This document shows, one piece after another, positions 37,716 to 50,226 of a stretch of 64,000 nt of DNA. Source of the DNA: Paraspadella gotoi. Taxonomy: Eukaryota; Animalia; Chaetognatha. The stretch spans positions 8,567,619-8,631,618 of the forward strand of contig CM119269.1 of assembly GCA_051294375.1 (NCBI GenBank), written 5' to 3'. Position numbers and translations under genes: made by a program. Position 1 is the first letter of the stretch; the number at the start of each line of letters is the position of its first letter. The notes beneath the pieces are model-generated. The model worked only from the letters and a program-made list of their open reading frames with translations, had not been told where the DNA came from and made no database searches.

Positions 37716-40700
37716 AAGAGGAGAGAGAGAGAGAGAGAGAGAGAGCTCCACGTTTTCGGGGAAAAGTGAAAATCGGTAAAGATTTTTCCCTCCAAAAACC
37801 TTTTTTTTTCGAACAGTGAACAAAGGGTCTCATTGTTTGTGGACGTCGGTTCGATGAGCGAAGAGAAAATATGAAATTGCGAATCGGATGGGAGAGTTAA
37901 ATTGTGGAACAGTAATTGGAGTTGTGAAATAGAGAGTGAAATAATGGAATAGGGAGTGACAAAAGATGAATGATACGTAGTTTTTGTTAAAATATGTTTT
38001 TTTTTAATTCCGCGCTTTAAGTTTATATAACTAAGATAAGTTAAATAACTATCTGCTAAACGATAAAATATATTTAAAACACAGTCCCATCGATTAAAAA
38101 TATAAAATTCGTCTAAAATTGTAATCTTGATATCGAATCTTTAACTCAATGGCCAAATTTTCCCGCGCAAAAAAAAAAAATCGATACAATCTCGGCCTTT
38201 TAACGTCGCATTCACGACGAATGTTCACCGCTAATGGAAGTTTTGTGAAAAGATCACAAAATGGTGTTGCAGACGGCAGTTGGGGGGGAGATAGCGTGGG
38301 GGAGGAGAAGAGAAAAAAAAGTGGAGCGTGTGAGACGTATGGAACAAAGAAACTAATTGCAGGTGCGTCCTCCACACTGGAAGATGCGCTTCAATTAGTA
38401 ATTAACTAAGTCCTTTAAATTTAATTTTAACGGCATCCTTGTCTTTATATTCCCTTTTTATTTCTCTTTTTTTATTCGACTGACTTTTTGTTTCTGCTTC
38501 GTTATCCCGCCAGGAGTCGAACGAAGGAGAGTCTACGATATCGTCAACGTCCTCGAAGCCGTGGAGATCATCTCTCGATTCGCGAAGAACAAATATCGAT
38601 GGCACGGGAGGAACAATTTGGAGGCGCATTTGAGGGCGTTGAAGGTAAGGAAAGGTTTTGAAGTGAGGGTAAGGAAGGAATGTATGAAAGATAGAAAGGA
38701 AGAGGGGATGAAAGAAAGGGATGGAATCAAGGAAGAAAACAAGATTGAAAGGAAATAAAGGAAAGAAAAAGGAATGATGGAAAGAAAGAAAGAATGAATG
38801 AAGAAAGCAAAAAAAGAAGAAAAGAAAAGAAAAGAAGAAAAGAGAGAAAGGAAAAATGGAATGACAGAAAGAATGTTTGAAAAAATAAGAAAAATAGTAG
38901 AGACAGATGGACTGAAATATGAAAGATAAATTAAATAAAACAACACTAAAGGCATGACCCCCCATCCCCCCAAACTACTACCAGGCTCGCGCCGCGGCGG
39001 AGAACCTCGGAAGAACCCTCGCCAAGTTTCAGGCGCTGGAGAAGGCGCGGCAGCGCCGCGAGATGCTGGAGGCAGAGACGGCGCGTGGCCGGACGAAGCT
39101 CCCGCGGTCCAAATCGATGGACGCTGCCCGAAACGAGGCCGTCCCCGGCGCCGTCGTCAAGACGCGGATGGAAAAGTCTTTGGGTCTGACCGCATCGCGA
39201 TTCCTCGCCATCTTTCTCGTGGCGAACGATGGCAGCGTCGACGGAAGCTGCGCCAGCGGTGGCGTCGACGCTCAAGTCTCTCTCGACGTCGCCGCTCGAA
39301 TTTTGATGGAGGACCCCGACGCAGAAGTCAACAGCCCCGGACAATTTAAGAGTAAGGAGAGGGTCTTTACTTAATTTTTTTCAATTTTCGTTTTCTTACT
39401 TTTTTCTCGTCATTTTGATTTTATTCTTCTTTCTAATTCTAGCGAGATTACCTGCTTTCGCTTTTTGCGATACGTTACTTTATATATTAAATTCTAGATT
39501 CTTTCGTTCTTTCCATCTTCTTTTCTTTTTTCCTTTCTTTCCATCTTCCTTTCTTTTTTCCTTTGTTTGCATCTACCTTTCTTTTTTTCTTTCTTTCCAT
39601 CTTCCTTTCTTTTTTCCTTTCTTTCTACCTTCTTTTTTTTTTCTTTTTCCTTTCTTTTCATCCTTTCTCTCTTTTTTATTCGCCGTTCCAAATATTTCCC
39701 TTTTCTACTTCAGCCAAAATCCGTCGGTTGTACGACATCGCCAACATCTTCACCGCTGTCGGTCTCATCCGCAAAGACTCGACGGCCAACTCCAACTTCT
39801 TCGTGTCGTCCAAGGGATCGCGGAAGCCGACATTCGAGTATTGCGGACCCGACGTTTGCGGCAACAAGCAAGGTTCGATTGTGAGAAAGATTTTAGTTTT
39901 TGTGGGGAATTAATTGTGGTTTCTGCTTTAATATGGTGCTGATGTTACGTCACTACATCGAACCTCAATTATTAATAACTATAAGTTCTTTTAATTTTTT
40001 TTCTTCATTTTTTTCATTCTCCTTATTCATTTTCATTAATTTATCTTCCTCATTTCTTCATTCACTCATTCCATTTTATCCATTATCATCATTATATATC
40101 ATTTTCTTCATTTTCTCTCCCACTCTCCATTCAGGATTCCCAAGAGTCTCCCTACGACGACACCACACGTTCGACTCTTCCCAGAGTTCTCAACTCCGCC
40201 GATCGAACTTCGCCGCCGACTCCGCCCCCCGCCCTCTCGCCGCCGACTCCGCCCCCCGCCCTTTCGCCGCCGACTCCGTCTTCCGCCCCCCTGGCACAGA
40301 CTTTGCCGTCCGCCCATCCGGCGCCGAGATCCCCCGCCGACAGTCCGGCCCCGACGCCCGTTCCTCGCAGTTGCTCTACAATATCTCCTGCTCGAGCCTT
40401 CCACGCGGCCAATTCACTTCGGTGGGCGTGGACGCCACCGCGACGCCGACTTTTCTCGTCATTCGCGGATCCGATGCCGCCGCGGTCTCGAAAAGCGACG
40501 CTGGTCGCGACGCCGCCAGCGCCGCTGCCGCGACGAGCGTCGAACGTCAACCCATCTTTTTCGTCATGGACGGCGCCAGACCGGCAACGTTACCTGGAAC
40601 GCTGCAGGCGCCGGCCAATCTGCCGCTGACGACGGCGGGAACGGTGACCCTTCCGTCGACGATGACGGTTGACGCTTCGAATCTGCGTCTCCGAGTAGAC

Positions 40701-40778
40701 GGTCAAAACCAACGCGGTCCTTTCGTCAGGAAAATCGGAGGGTCCGCCCTCGGCAGCGACGTCAACCCGCGAATATGA
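27040..40778 (+). CDS. E2F7/8: Atypical E2F transcription factor (E2F7/E2F8 family) with two DNA-binding domains. Exons 27040-27425, 29910-30210, 30645-31161, 31542-31647, 37302-37390, 38514-38644, 38985-39351, 39714-39872, 40135-40778
   Basis: Phase-consistent exons give a KEN box (DKENG), [21 protein letters not shown]1 [18 protein letters not shown]...[33 protein letters not shown] and DBD2 [18 protein letters not shown]...[23 protein letters not shown]...[10 protein letters not shown]. Extra exons could lie in the N gaps of intron 1. Confidence 0.95.
33763..36378 (+). repeat. ~1.3-kb direct duplication (33763-35052 / 35067-36378) flanking a 10-N gap in E2F7/8 intron 4
   Basis: Near-identical sequence on each side of the Ns at 35057-35066. 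Confidence 0.9.
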
Positions 40779-41252
40779 TTAGTTGAATTGTTCTATTGTA
40801 ACGTCCGTTATTTGTTATCAAGTTTGCAATTTTGTTATGTTTTTTTTTGGTTTGTTTGTTTCTGCTGTTATAAATTACAATGTTTTAGCTTTAGAAACGC
40901 TGTTGCTATATATTGAAATATATTTACATTAGGTCATATATACGCTTGTTTCGATTTTTTGTTGGGTCAATCAGTCATTCAGTAGCTTACAAACCGTTAG
41001 TTTAAACATTTTATCAGAATACTGTATGGTAAAGAAAGAAGACTTGAGTAAGAATTATAACAAAATAGAGTTTTACATAGAATTTCGTTTGTGTTCATAC
41101 AAATGCTGACAATTATTTTTTCCTCGAAAAATTGAATTACAGGATTTTTCAAGGAATCCATTAATCTTTACTGGAAACTTCCTGGTTCGTTTCCAAATTA
41201 AACGTCGCACGGGATTGAAGCCCAACCATTTTCTTTTTCCACCACATTCTCT

Positions 41253-41349
<97 letters not shown>

Positions 41350-42059
41350 TCTTTCCTCCCCGCACGAATCCATTTCGTTTCTCAAATTTGTCGGCACCTG
41401 TTTTGTTTCCAACCTCGATGCTTGGCCAACAAGAAAAAGTAAGCGATTGCGTCGACCTTACCTTCGTGTCTGCCTTTGCTTAATCAAAGAATTAAGCTCT
41501 CGACAGCAGAATTTCTCCAAGGTAAGTCTCTCTCTCTCTCCTTCTCTCTTTCTCTCTCTCTCTCTCTCGGGTTCCCTGGCCCCTTTTTTTCGTTCGCTCG
41601 TCGCTGTTGTGTTTACTGAACCCGTCAGTCGCGAGACGTCGAGAAAAATCGACAAAATATCGATCCGTTTTCGGTCTCCACACGAAACAAAGGAGAGAGA
41701 AATCCTCCAGAAATCGTCCCGACGCTCTTGTGCTGAAAAACACATCGGGATGTCATTTCCGTAGTTTTAATCTCTCCTCTTTGCAGTTTGAAGAAAGGTG
41801 TAGAGAGCTCGGGAATGTCGGGCAGGCGACGAGTCGAAAAGGTCGGCTCTTGTCGGCAAGTGCTAAGACTCGAGAAAAAAAAAAAAACCGGATCCTCCTT
41901 GTCGTTTTTCAAGTTGACTCGCTCGTCTGGTTCTAATTTTAACGTTTAAAATGATGACGGAATTCAAGTTTTGACGAAAACGACTTTCGATGATAAAGCG
42001 TGGATAAAACTGCGAATTAACTGCGATTTAATACAACTTAATATTACGAATAATAAACA

Positions 42060-44621
42060 ATGGAGTTGATGGACGTGACGGTGGTTGTCCACAAGGCGGA
42101 CGATCTCGTCAGCACCAGGAAAAGTCAAAACCACATATTTTCTGTGGTGATGAAGATGGAAAAACAAAAATTCAGAACGAAACAAATAAAGTTAGTTTAT
42201 CATTGTTTGAATATTGTAATCGCAACAGTAAGTAAATGCATCTAAGGGTGTCAAATTTTCGTCCTAGGCTCACCACTTCTCCAATTTGGCAAGAGGTCTC
42301 AATATTTAAAAGTGCAAAAATCAAAACGAACTCCGTGCTCAAGTTGGTCGTGACGGACAAGGATGAAGTGATCGGACAAGTCGCCATTCCCTACTCACAA
42401 ATTGAATTTAAACCGAGCGAACCGACGTAAGATAACTTTTAAGTTAAAAATTACTCTTTGCGGTTTTCAAAAATCCGCTTTTCATAAATTTCGTTTGTTT
42501 TTTTTTTTTCAATCTTGTTTAATCGTTAACGTAGGATCTTACAATCTCCCCTAATGCCGCACAAGAAATGTCGAAAACCTCTGGGAGGAACTCTTTTTTA
42601 CGAAGTCTGGAAATCCCCAGGAGCAGACCCAGAAGTTCCTCGCACCAGAGTTATTACAGGTAATTATTTTGAAATGTCGCTATTGTCTTTACACTCTTCA
42701 CAAAATACAGTTTTAAATAAGTGAAAAAACTTATTGCATTTTATTTACTTTTCATTTTAGTATTTAGGCTTTAGGTTCTGTTACGTTCTCTCGGAATCAA
42801 GGACTATTTCATTTAATTCATTACCAGTATCATGATTATTATAATTATTATCATAAATAATGACTAAAATCAATAAAAAAAATTATTAATAATTCAATCT
42901 TAAAACTCAACCTCAGGCGACGATTACTTCGCGGCGAGCGAACGCTGTTCAACTCCGTCTTTAACGCGAAATCAAAATTCCTTTAAAAAAGATTCGCTCA
43001 AGGATTTGTTTCGAGCCTCCACTCTTAGTCACGGAATCTCGCCTTCCGTGCAAAACTTATCGATTATGCCCAACAAGTGAGTAGCAGAAAAAAGCTTGGG
43101 CTAAATTTATATCAGAAATTCCTATCAACCCAAAATCTTTCCCAATTTGCAATTGTCAACGGTTTATGAAAATTGCAAAATTGTTTGTTTTATTTTAAGT
43201 TTTATATTTTATAATATTAATAAAAATTATTTATTACTAATTATATATTTTTTATTATTATTATTATTTTTTTATTAATTTTGGTGTTTGATAATCTAAA
43301 TCTGAAAATATTATATTATTAATGGGAGAGGGTTGTGAGTGTTGTCTTCTGGAAATAGAGAGAGCATCTATACAACACAAGGTCATATTACTTCTTACCC
43401 TAGTTTTTTAAATAGATATCACACACCATTTCTGTAAGAAAATCATCAATGAGAACCTCATAATAATTAAAAGGCTGAACAGAAAGGGGTGGAAAGGGTA
43501 ATTTTTTGGGGAACTAAGGTTTTGTATGATTTTTTAATTTTTTAATTTTCTTAAGGATAGAGAAATGGAACAAATCTTGCAACGATTTGTCCGCTTGGGG
43601 CGGAAAGAACGACAAACGTTCGGCGACTTTAGGCGGGCGCCTTCGATCAACCTTTCAAAAACTCGGGTCTAATCTAACCAATTCGAACGACAGCGACATC
43701 GAACCGTCCCGGAGCGACGTTCGACGATCCCCTTCCATTTCTTTCGACGAGTCTTCGGAGATGAGCATCGAAATTGGCCGTCCGCATTCTCGTCCGAATG
43801 CGGAGCGCCGATTAACCTCCGGATCAGACGCTCCAGACGCCGGAGGAACGAGTCGCGCGGCGTCGTCTCCTTCGGCACGGGGCACATCACCCGAAAATTT
43901 CGCGTCACCCGTAAATGTCGAGAGACGCACGCCTGACGGAAGCAGGCATCCAGCGCCGGCGGTTTCTAAGACGACCGCCGCCCTCGCCTCTGCTTTAAAT
44001 CCATTCGAAAATGGTTCTTCCATTGCAATTAACAAACCGAACGGATCTCCAAATCCTTTCGATGAGGATTCCGAAAAGACTGCGGCTGAAGCCAAACCGC
44101 GCCCGTTAAACCCTTTTGAGGACGGGTCCTTATCCTCCCTGGAAAATCCGGCCAAGATGGAAAGAATCATCCAGGGATCGGAAGATACTAGCAGCAAGTC
44201 TTCAAGAGAAAACGGGGTCAAGGGAGCTTGGGTATGCTCTGCTTGTGGCGGAGCCAAAACCAAAGGCGCTAAAGGCGCCAATTTTAAAAACTCTCCTCAA
44301 GTTGGACCTCTACTCAATGAAATCTCTGATCTTCGTGTCCAAATCCACGATTTGGAGGAAGCCAACGAAGCCATGCGGAGCTACTTGGAATCTCTCGTCG
44401 GAGATGTCATGGAGGCGTGCCCCTCGATCCTCGAGAAGGATTGGGGATCGAAAGCGGAAAGGAAATTCGAAAGAAATCAAAAATACGCGACTGTTGGGGA
44501 TAGAAGACCGAGTTACAACATGGCGAAAAAAGTTGGATTAGGCTTTCCAGCCTTACCCGTGAAAAAACCGGTGACTATCATTTCTGTTCCTTCTTTATCT
44601 AAGCTCTTTGGTAAAAATTAA
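42060..44621 (+). CDS. RAB11FIP: Class I Rab11 family-interacting protein (N-terminal C2 domain, three NPF motifs, C-terminal FIP-RBD). Exons 42060-42190, 42268-42426, 42535-42659, 42917-43076, 43556-44621
   Basis: C2-like VTVVVHKADDL...KFRTKQIKLTTSPIWQE...LKLVVTDKDEVIGQVAIP. NPF motifs LNPFE, PNPFD, LNPFE. RBD-like IHDLEEANEAMRSYLESLVGDVMEACPSILE. All splice phases are consistent. Confidence 0.8.
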
Positions 44622-45076
44622 TTAAAAAAATATCTGGGGTTAATTTTTCATTACTTCGATGCTACCCTTCTGAGCCAATACAATGCTTTGGGATTTGTAA
44701 CTTTTTCTACTTGAATTTCCTATCGTTCAAACATGATAACATTCGTGGTTAAAAAAAGACTCTTCAATTACGACTTAGCATGTATTCCACGAGTTAACAA
44801 TGTTTTTATTTTTTCCGTTTTTTTATTAATTTAATTTTTACGATGGGAAACAGTTGCAGCTCTTGTAGTTCTTCAAAGTCAAAAAAGGATGTCGCGGAGC
44901 ATCGAGCTAGGTAGATAGATATTTTTTTTTCTTTCCGAGGTCAATATCGTCGTTTGAATTGTTAAATTATTAATTAAATTATTACTTAAACAAAAACCTA
45001 AAGGGCAAAGTCGCTGAAAGAAGCAAACCTGAACAAAAGCAAAGATGAAGGGTGGACGGCGGAGAAGCAAGGAAAA

Positions 45077-45649
45077 ATGAGCCTGATCCGGTGCGTCCAT
45101 CATGCTGGCGTCGGCGACTTCGCTGAGGACGTCAGTTGCGAGGGAAAAGATCCGGCCCCACCAAGGAGCGATCTTGGGGTCATTCCGGAAGAAGAGGACC
45201 CGGAGAAGGAGAGGGAGAAGGACGAGGACGCTTACGAAGAAATCTCTGCCCTCGTCCGTCTCCTCGCTCTTCTCAAAATGTCGGCCGTTTCCCTTGTCTC
45301 CGTCGCGGCCACTTTCTACCTGACGCGAAGGTTCGTTGCCCCCGAATTTTCGGAGCGGATGGTGATGGCAAGCATGGACTTCCCCATCGAGGGTCGCTGG
45401 GTCCGTAAATGCACGGACTGCTCCATGAAGTCCTTAAACACGATCCCCATTGACATTGTGCAACAACACGCGTCCGAGGCGGCCATCAAGGGCTCAGAAT
45501 GGATTCACAAAGCCTACCTCGCCGCCGAGGATTTTACACCGCCAAGAATCTACCACAATTTCTGGGCGGCCAGGGACTTTCCTAATAACTACTACAGCCA
45601 AAGCCCCACTATTAAAAACTACCGATTCACTAGAATCTTTGGTTGGTGA
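45077..45649 (+). CDS. Uncharacterised single-exon 190-aa protein with a central hydrophobic (probable TM) segment
   Basis: GC-rich ORF within AT-rich flanks; acidic N-region, then ISALVRLLALLKMSAVSLVSVAATFYL; AATAAA at 45737. Confidence 0.65.
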   Translation: MSLIRCVHHAGVGDFAEDVSCEGKDPAPPRSDLGVIPEEEDPEKEREKDEDAYEEISALVRLLALLKMSAVSLVSVAATFYLTRRFVAPEFSERMVMASMDFPIEGRWVRKCTDCSMKSLNTIPIDIVQQHASEAAIKGSEWIHKAYLAAEDFTPPRIYHNFWAARDFPNNYYSQSPTIKNYRFTRIFGW

Positions 45650-46764
45650 ACGTGGGGGGTGAAAGAGAAAACACTCGGAAAACGAAAATCAGTATTATTC
45701 AATTCTTTACTTCTTAGAACGCCATTTTTAGCGAACAATAAATACTTGGTTTTACAATTTAAACATTGATTGTCTTCTGTTAATTACCGTTTACTCTAAA
45801 TAAAAACTAGTGTAGGCTGAAAATAAAATGATTATTAGGGCAGTAAACCATTTCGGAGTTCAACAACCTGAGACACCATTTTTTGCCGATTAAGTTATTG
45901 ACTTTGGGCACCGAACTTAAATTTTTCAATCATTCAATTATTTAATCATCGTGCCCACTGATTTTTAATTCTGTTCTGTAGTGAGAACCTTATCTCAAAT
46001 TGTCTTTAAAATGACCTTACATTTATTTTACCTTGTGCATTTCCAATTGACTTAGCTATTACTTCAACTAAAATTTTAGCAATTAATAAACCATTAATAA
46101 TGATAGTTGATAATTAATAATACTAGTAGTTTTACCTCAAAATATATGCTACTTTGTCATATCAAGTTTTCTATCGCGTCCGTTGCTCGCGAAGGAAGCC
46201 TTAGTTTAGGAGGAGGAGGAAGAAGAAGAGGACGATGAAATATTGTTGAGGAGAAAAAGAATTTCAACTTCCTCATCCTTCTCTCGTAACGTCTCTTCCT
46301 CATTTTGTTCGTTACCGAACGTCGTCATCGCGGGAATTCCGAATCGAGACACGCTGGCTAGAAAATGGCGCGGCCCTGAACGCCTTTCTGCGTTTTTATA
46401 TTAATCCTTCGGTAGTCAGCTACAATATTATTAAAATAGCTATATTTACGACATGAAGTATTTATATGTAAAACCTTTTAGAAAATATAACTTTTCAGAA
46501 TTTAAAAATCTTATTAAAATTTGGAAAAGAAAGGGCCACATCACATGTAGTTAATTCTAAAATGATATAATATTAATTATAACTTGCGCCTTTAGCATCT
46601 ATAATTAGCAGGAAATATTAAAGACTAAACCCAAAATAAAAAAAGTAATAAAATCTGGGGCAGAGACATGAACGTTGGTTGAAAACCGAAGCATGAAACC
46701 CGGACTCTCGCTCGCTCGGAGTTTTTACAAAATCATCGAGCATCTCCGGAGTCCTTCCAAGGGG

Positions 46765-49692
46765 ATGGCGGACACCTCCCTACCCGCCAGGCACCACAGA
46801 GTGGAGTCCTTTCAGCTGCCCAAACACAACGGGATCGATAATTACAGTAAATCACCCGAAAAGAGCAAAATGACGAAACAGGAAATGATTAAAAACTGTA
46901 AAAACGTCAAGAACGGTCAGCACGGGAGTTCCCCGCGCTGCGCCGGGAAGACAAACGGAATTTCCAAGTCCGTCGATTCGTCCAAGTGAGCTTTCGTATT
47001 TGTGACACTGATTTATGATCGTTTAAGTAAATGGTAATAATTAAAAATTAATTATGCGTGATTAACATGTCTAGATAATTAAAAAAATTTCTCCTAACTT
47101 TTGTATTCATTTGATCTTGTAACTTCACGCTCCCTATTTTTATCAGCGACGAAGCTTTCTCCAACGGGGACGGTGGTCCTCGAGTTCTTGAATTCTCCCT
47201 CGCGGCGTCGACTAAGAAGGTCGCCCAATCGCCCAGGGAAATTGTAAACGGGGGCGGCGCCCTCATAGGATGCCCTGCCCACTCTAACGAAATCTTTCAC
47301 CTCAAAAATATCATCCATTCCCAACTCACTGCAATGAAGGACCAACAGGAAAAGATTGATCATCAAGACAAAATCATCAAGCAATACAAGGATGAAAATG
47401 AATTGGTAAGGATCACTTTCTGATTGTTTCAAAGAAATAATATTCTTTACTCAAGGCTCATCAAAGCTTAGCTACAACCGGCTATGTATGATTAACTCTG
47501 CTTGAAATAATCATAATTAGTTGATAGTAGTTTCAACCTTACCAATTTTTTGCCTTTAAATTTTCAAGTTTAATCTTCGCTGGAGGTTTTCTAGTAATGC
47601 CCTTTTCGCTCCAGTTAAAAATGAAGCTGGAAAGAATGGAGAGGAGGATGACTAACCTAAAAGGCCGGACTGCTTCGGGTCGCCCGGTCGCTCGTTCCGA
47701 ATTCGTGGAGCCCTACCCTCCCGCCGGGTACCACTGCTCGTCCAAGACGAAATTAGTGAAGAATCGAGGCGGCATTCGAGGATCCAAAAGGTCCTCGGCC
47801 CACCCACCCTCCAATCCTCTTTTGGCCAAACGAGCAAGGTATAAATTTAAAAACTAAACATTTCTCTTGGAAACTTTTTTTTTTTTTTTTTTTATATTTG
47901 ATTTTATTTTGTTTTTCATACTCAGATTTTCTTGTCCGGCGGCCGTGTCTCCCCGCATCAAACCCTCATTGGATTCTGCCCCCGCGACTTCCCCGATGAC
48001 CCAGTGCAAAATCCCTCTGGACCACGAGTACGTCCGCGACCCCAGCGCCTCTCGTGAGCCTTCCGCCGAATCCAAGATCGAGTCGCCTCCCTATTCGCCG
48101 CCCGACGATTCATGCAAACCGCCCGTCGAAAAGATCTCCAGCCTTTCGCCCCGACGCTCCTTTGCGGAGGAAGTCGCCCCGGAGACGAAGGAAGAGCGCA
48201 AAGTCGAAATCGATAAGAATGGGTCGTCGATGGAGGCGGTGGCGCTGCCGGACTGCAAGCCTTTTCCGCCCTCTTTTCCTGATGCTAATCAAGACAAAGT
48301 TCGTGAGACGGTGTCGGCCGCCTCCGTCGTCAAAACGGAATCATCACGCGACGACGTCTCTAGTTGCGTCAGCAGCCTCGACGACGTAAAGCGCATCGTT
48401 CGTCGGCGCCGATCGGATCGGCGATCTCGGCGCCGGACGTGGCGTCCCTTCACCGACGCGGAGAAAAGCATCCGACGCGTCAGGATGATGAGAAGGATGT
48501 TGAAGATGCACGCGGCGGCACAGCACCACCACGCAGCAAAGAGACTGGAATTGGCCACCGATTTGAAGCCTTTTGGCAGGGCCGGCGACTGCACCTTGGG
48601 TATGGGGCTTTTTTCAGTTTTTACACTAGTTTTGATAATAGATTATTACAAATTGAAAAAAAATGGCAATTATTTTTAATGCAGAAACCGTTCCAAACCC
48701 CGGGGCGGGAGGGGACTTTATATTCCGGGCCTATGAGCCTTACCATTACTTCGTCGGCGACCCGACTTATCTCCAAGGAGAACTATCGCCGAAAAAACCT
48801 GAGAAGGAACACGTTGAGGCCCCGCGGTTCAGGGTCCTCGCCTCAGTGGTCGAGGACGTCGTTGCTTCCGAAAGGGAACAGGTCGAAATTAGTATTGTGG
48901 TTACTTTTGAAATAATAACCTAATGTTTAAAAGTATTGATATATAATATATGTTAAAAATTTCCGATGCAGACGTTGGACGATGACGTGTATTTGGCTCG
49001 TCACAAAAAGGGCGAAGCGGACGAAAAGCGAAGGAAGCGATGGGACATTCAGCGAATTCGCGAATTGCGAAACAACGAGCGTCTCAAGATGGGACGTCAT
49101 GCGGGTGAGGACGAAAAAATCGCGGGAAAATATCGGCCTCGATCTTATCCTTTTCTTTTCCTCCCGGGACAGGAAATGCCGTAAGTTGGTCGGATCCAAG
49201 CAAGAAGATGGACGAGGCGGAATTGAGACCAGTCTCCACTTTTTATCCCGATCCTTACGACGTCGAGTTTATTCAATTAAACGACACCGTGCCCGTGAGG
49301 ACTCGATCACAATCTTTCTCTTTCTCTCTCTCGCGCTCTATCTCATGATCCTTCTCTCTATTTTCCCTCCGCAGGTTTGCGCCTTTGGAACTTTCCTTCC
49401 CAATGTCTTGTGGACGCACTTTCGACTTCCGTGGACTAAGAAAGAGTTGAACGCCTTGTTTTCGAGTCATTCGACGCGGCGCTCGCCGGCGCTCGGTTCC
49501 ACTTCGCTACACAAAAAAGCGGCGCGCTCTCTCACTTCCGCCAAGGGTCTAGTCGGTGCCGGCGCCTCCGCTTCGCCCAAACTTCTCAAGCGGTCGGTCG
49601 GCTCTGGGTCGGCCCATTCTCGAGGCGGTCGTCCGCAGAGGCATTCCGTCGGCTCCAATCGATCGCAAAATAAAAGAGTTTCAAAGCGATGA
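46765..49692 (+). CDS. MSL1: Male-specific lethal 1 homolog (MSL complex scaffold; coiled coil + PEHE domain). Exons 46765-46985, 47147-47405, 47615-47838, 47926-48599, 48685-~48881, 48972-49104, 49173-49294, 49375-49692
   Basis: Coiled coil HLKNIIHSQLTAMKDQQEKIDHQDKIIKQYKDENELLKMKLERMERRM. PEHE TLDDDVYLARHKKGEADEKRRKRWDIQRIRE...VSTFYPDPYDVEFIQLNDTVPVCAFGTFLP..FRLPW. The start could instead be the in-frame ATG at 46693, and the exon 5 donor is uncertain. Confidence 0.92.
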
Positions 49693-50226
49693 CTCTTTTC
49701 GTTTTCGTCGTCGACGCTTAACTCTCTCCGTCGCTATGTCACATTTTGGCCATTATTCCCCGTCGTCCTTCGCGCCGTTGTCTTCAGATAGTCGGTTTAT
49801 TATTAATTCTTAGTTTTCAGTCGCGATCGTTGAAGAGTGAAACTTTCACTCGAAACCGTCACTTCCTAACTTGCAAATTCCCCCTTACCCCACGCCCCAT
49901 CCGATTTTAACTCGACTGTTTTAAAATGAATTTCACTGTAACTTTTTCCTCGTTTTATTTTATTTTGGTGAGATTTCACGTCCAATCACCCGGGTCCGAT
50001 AACTCTCTCATCGAACACAAGTTGATCGTTTTAACAGTTTTACCCGAATTTGGTTTCAGTTAGGAAAAATTTAAAAAACAAACAAACAACAAAAAAACAT
50101 GGAAGGATTGAAGTCATCGTTGAATTTGGGATCGATGACGAGAGATTTCGGCGGAGCAAAGACGAATCGGCGAAGGCGAAGACAACGACGTCGTCCCTAA
50201 ATCGCCTTCGCCATTTTAAGCAAAGA

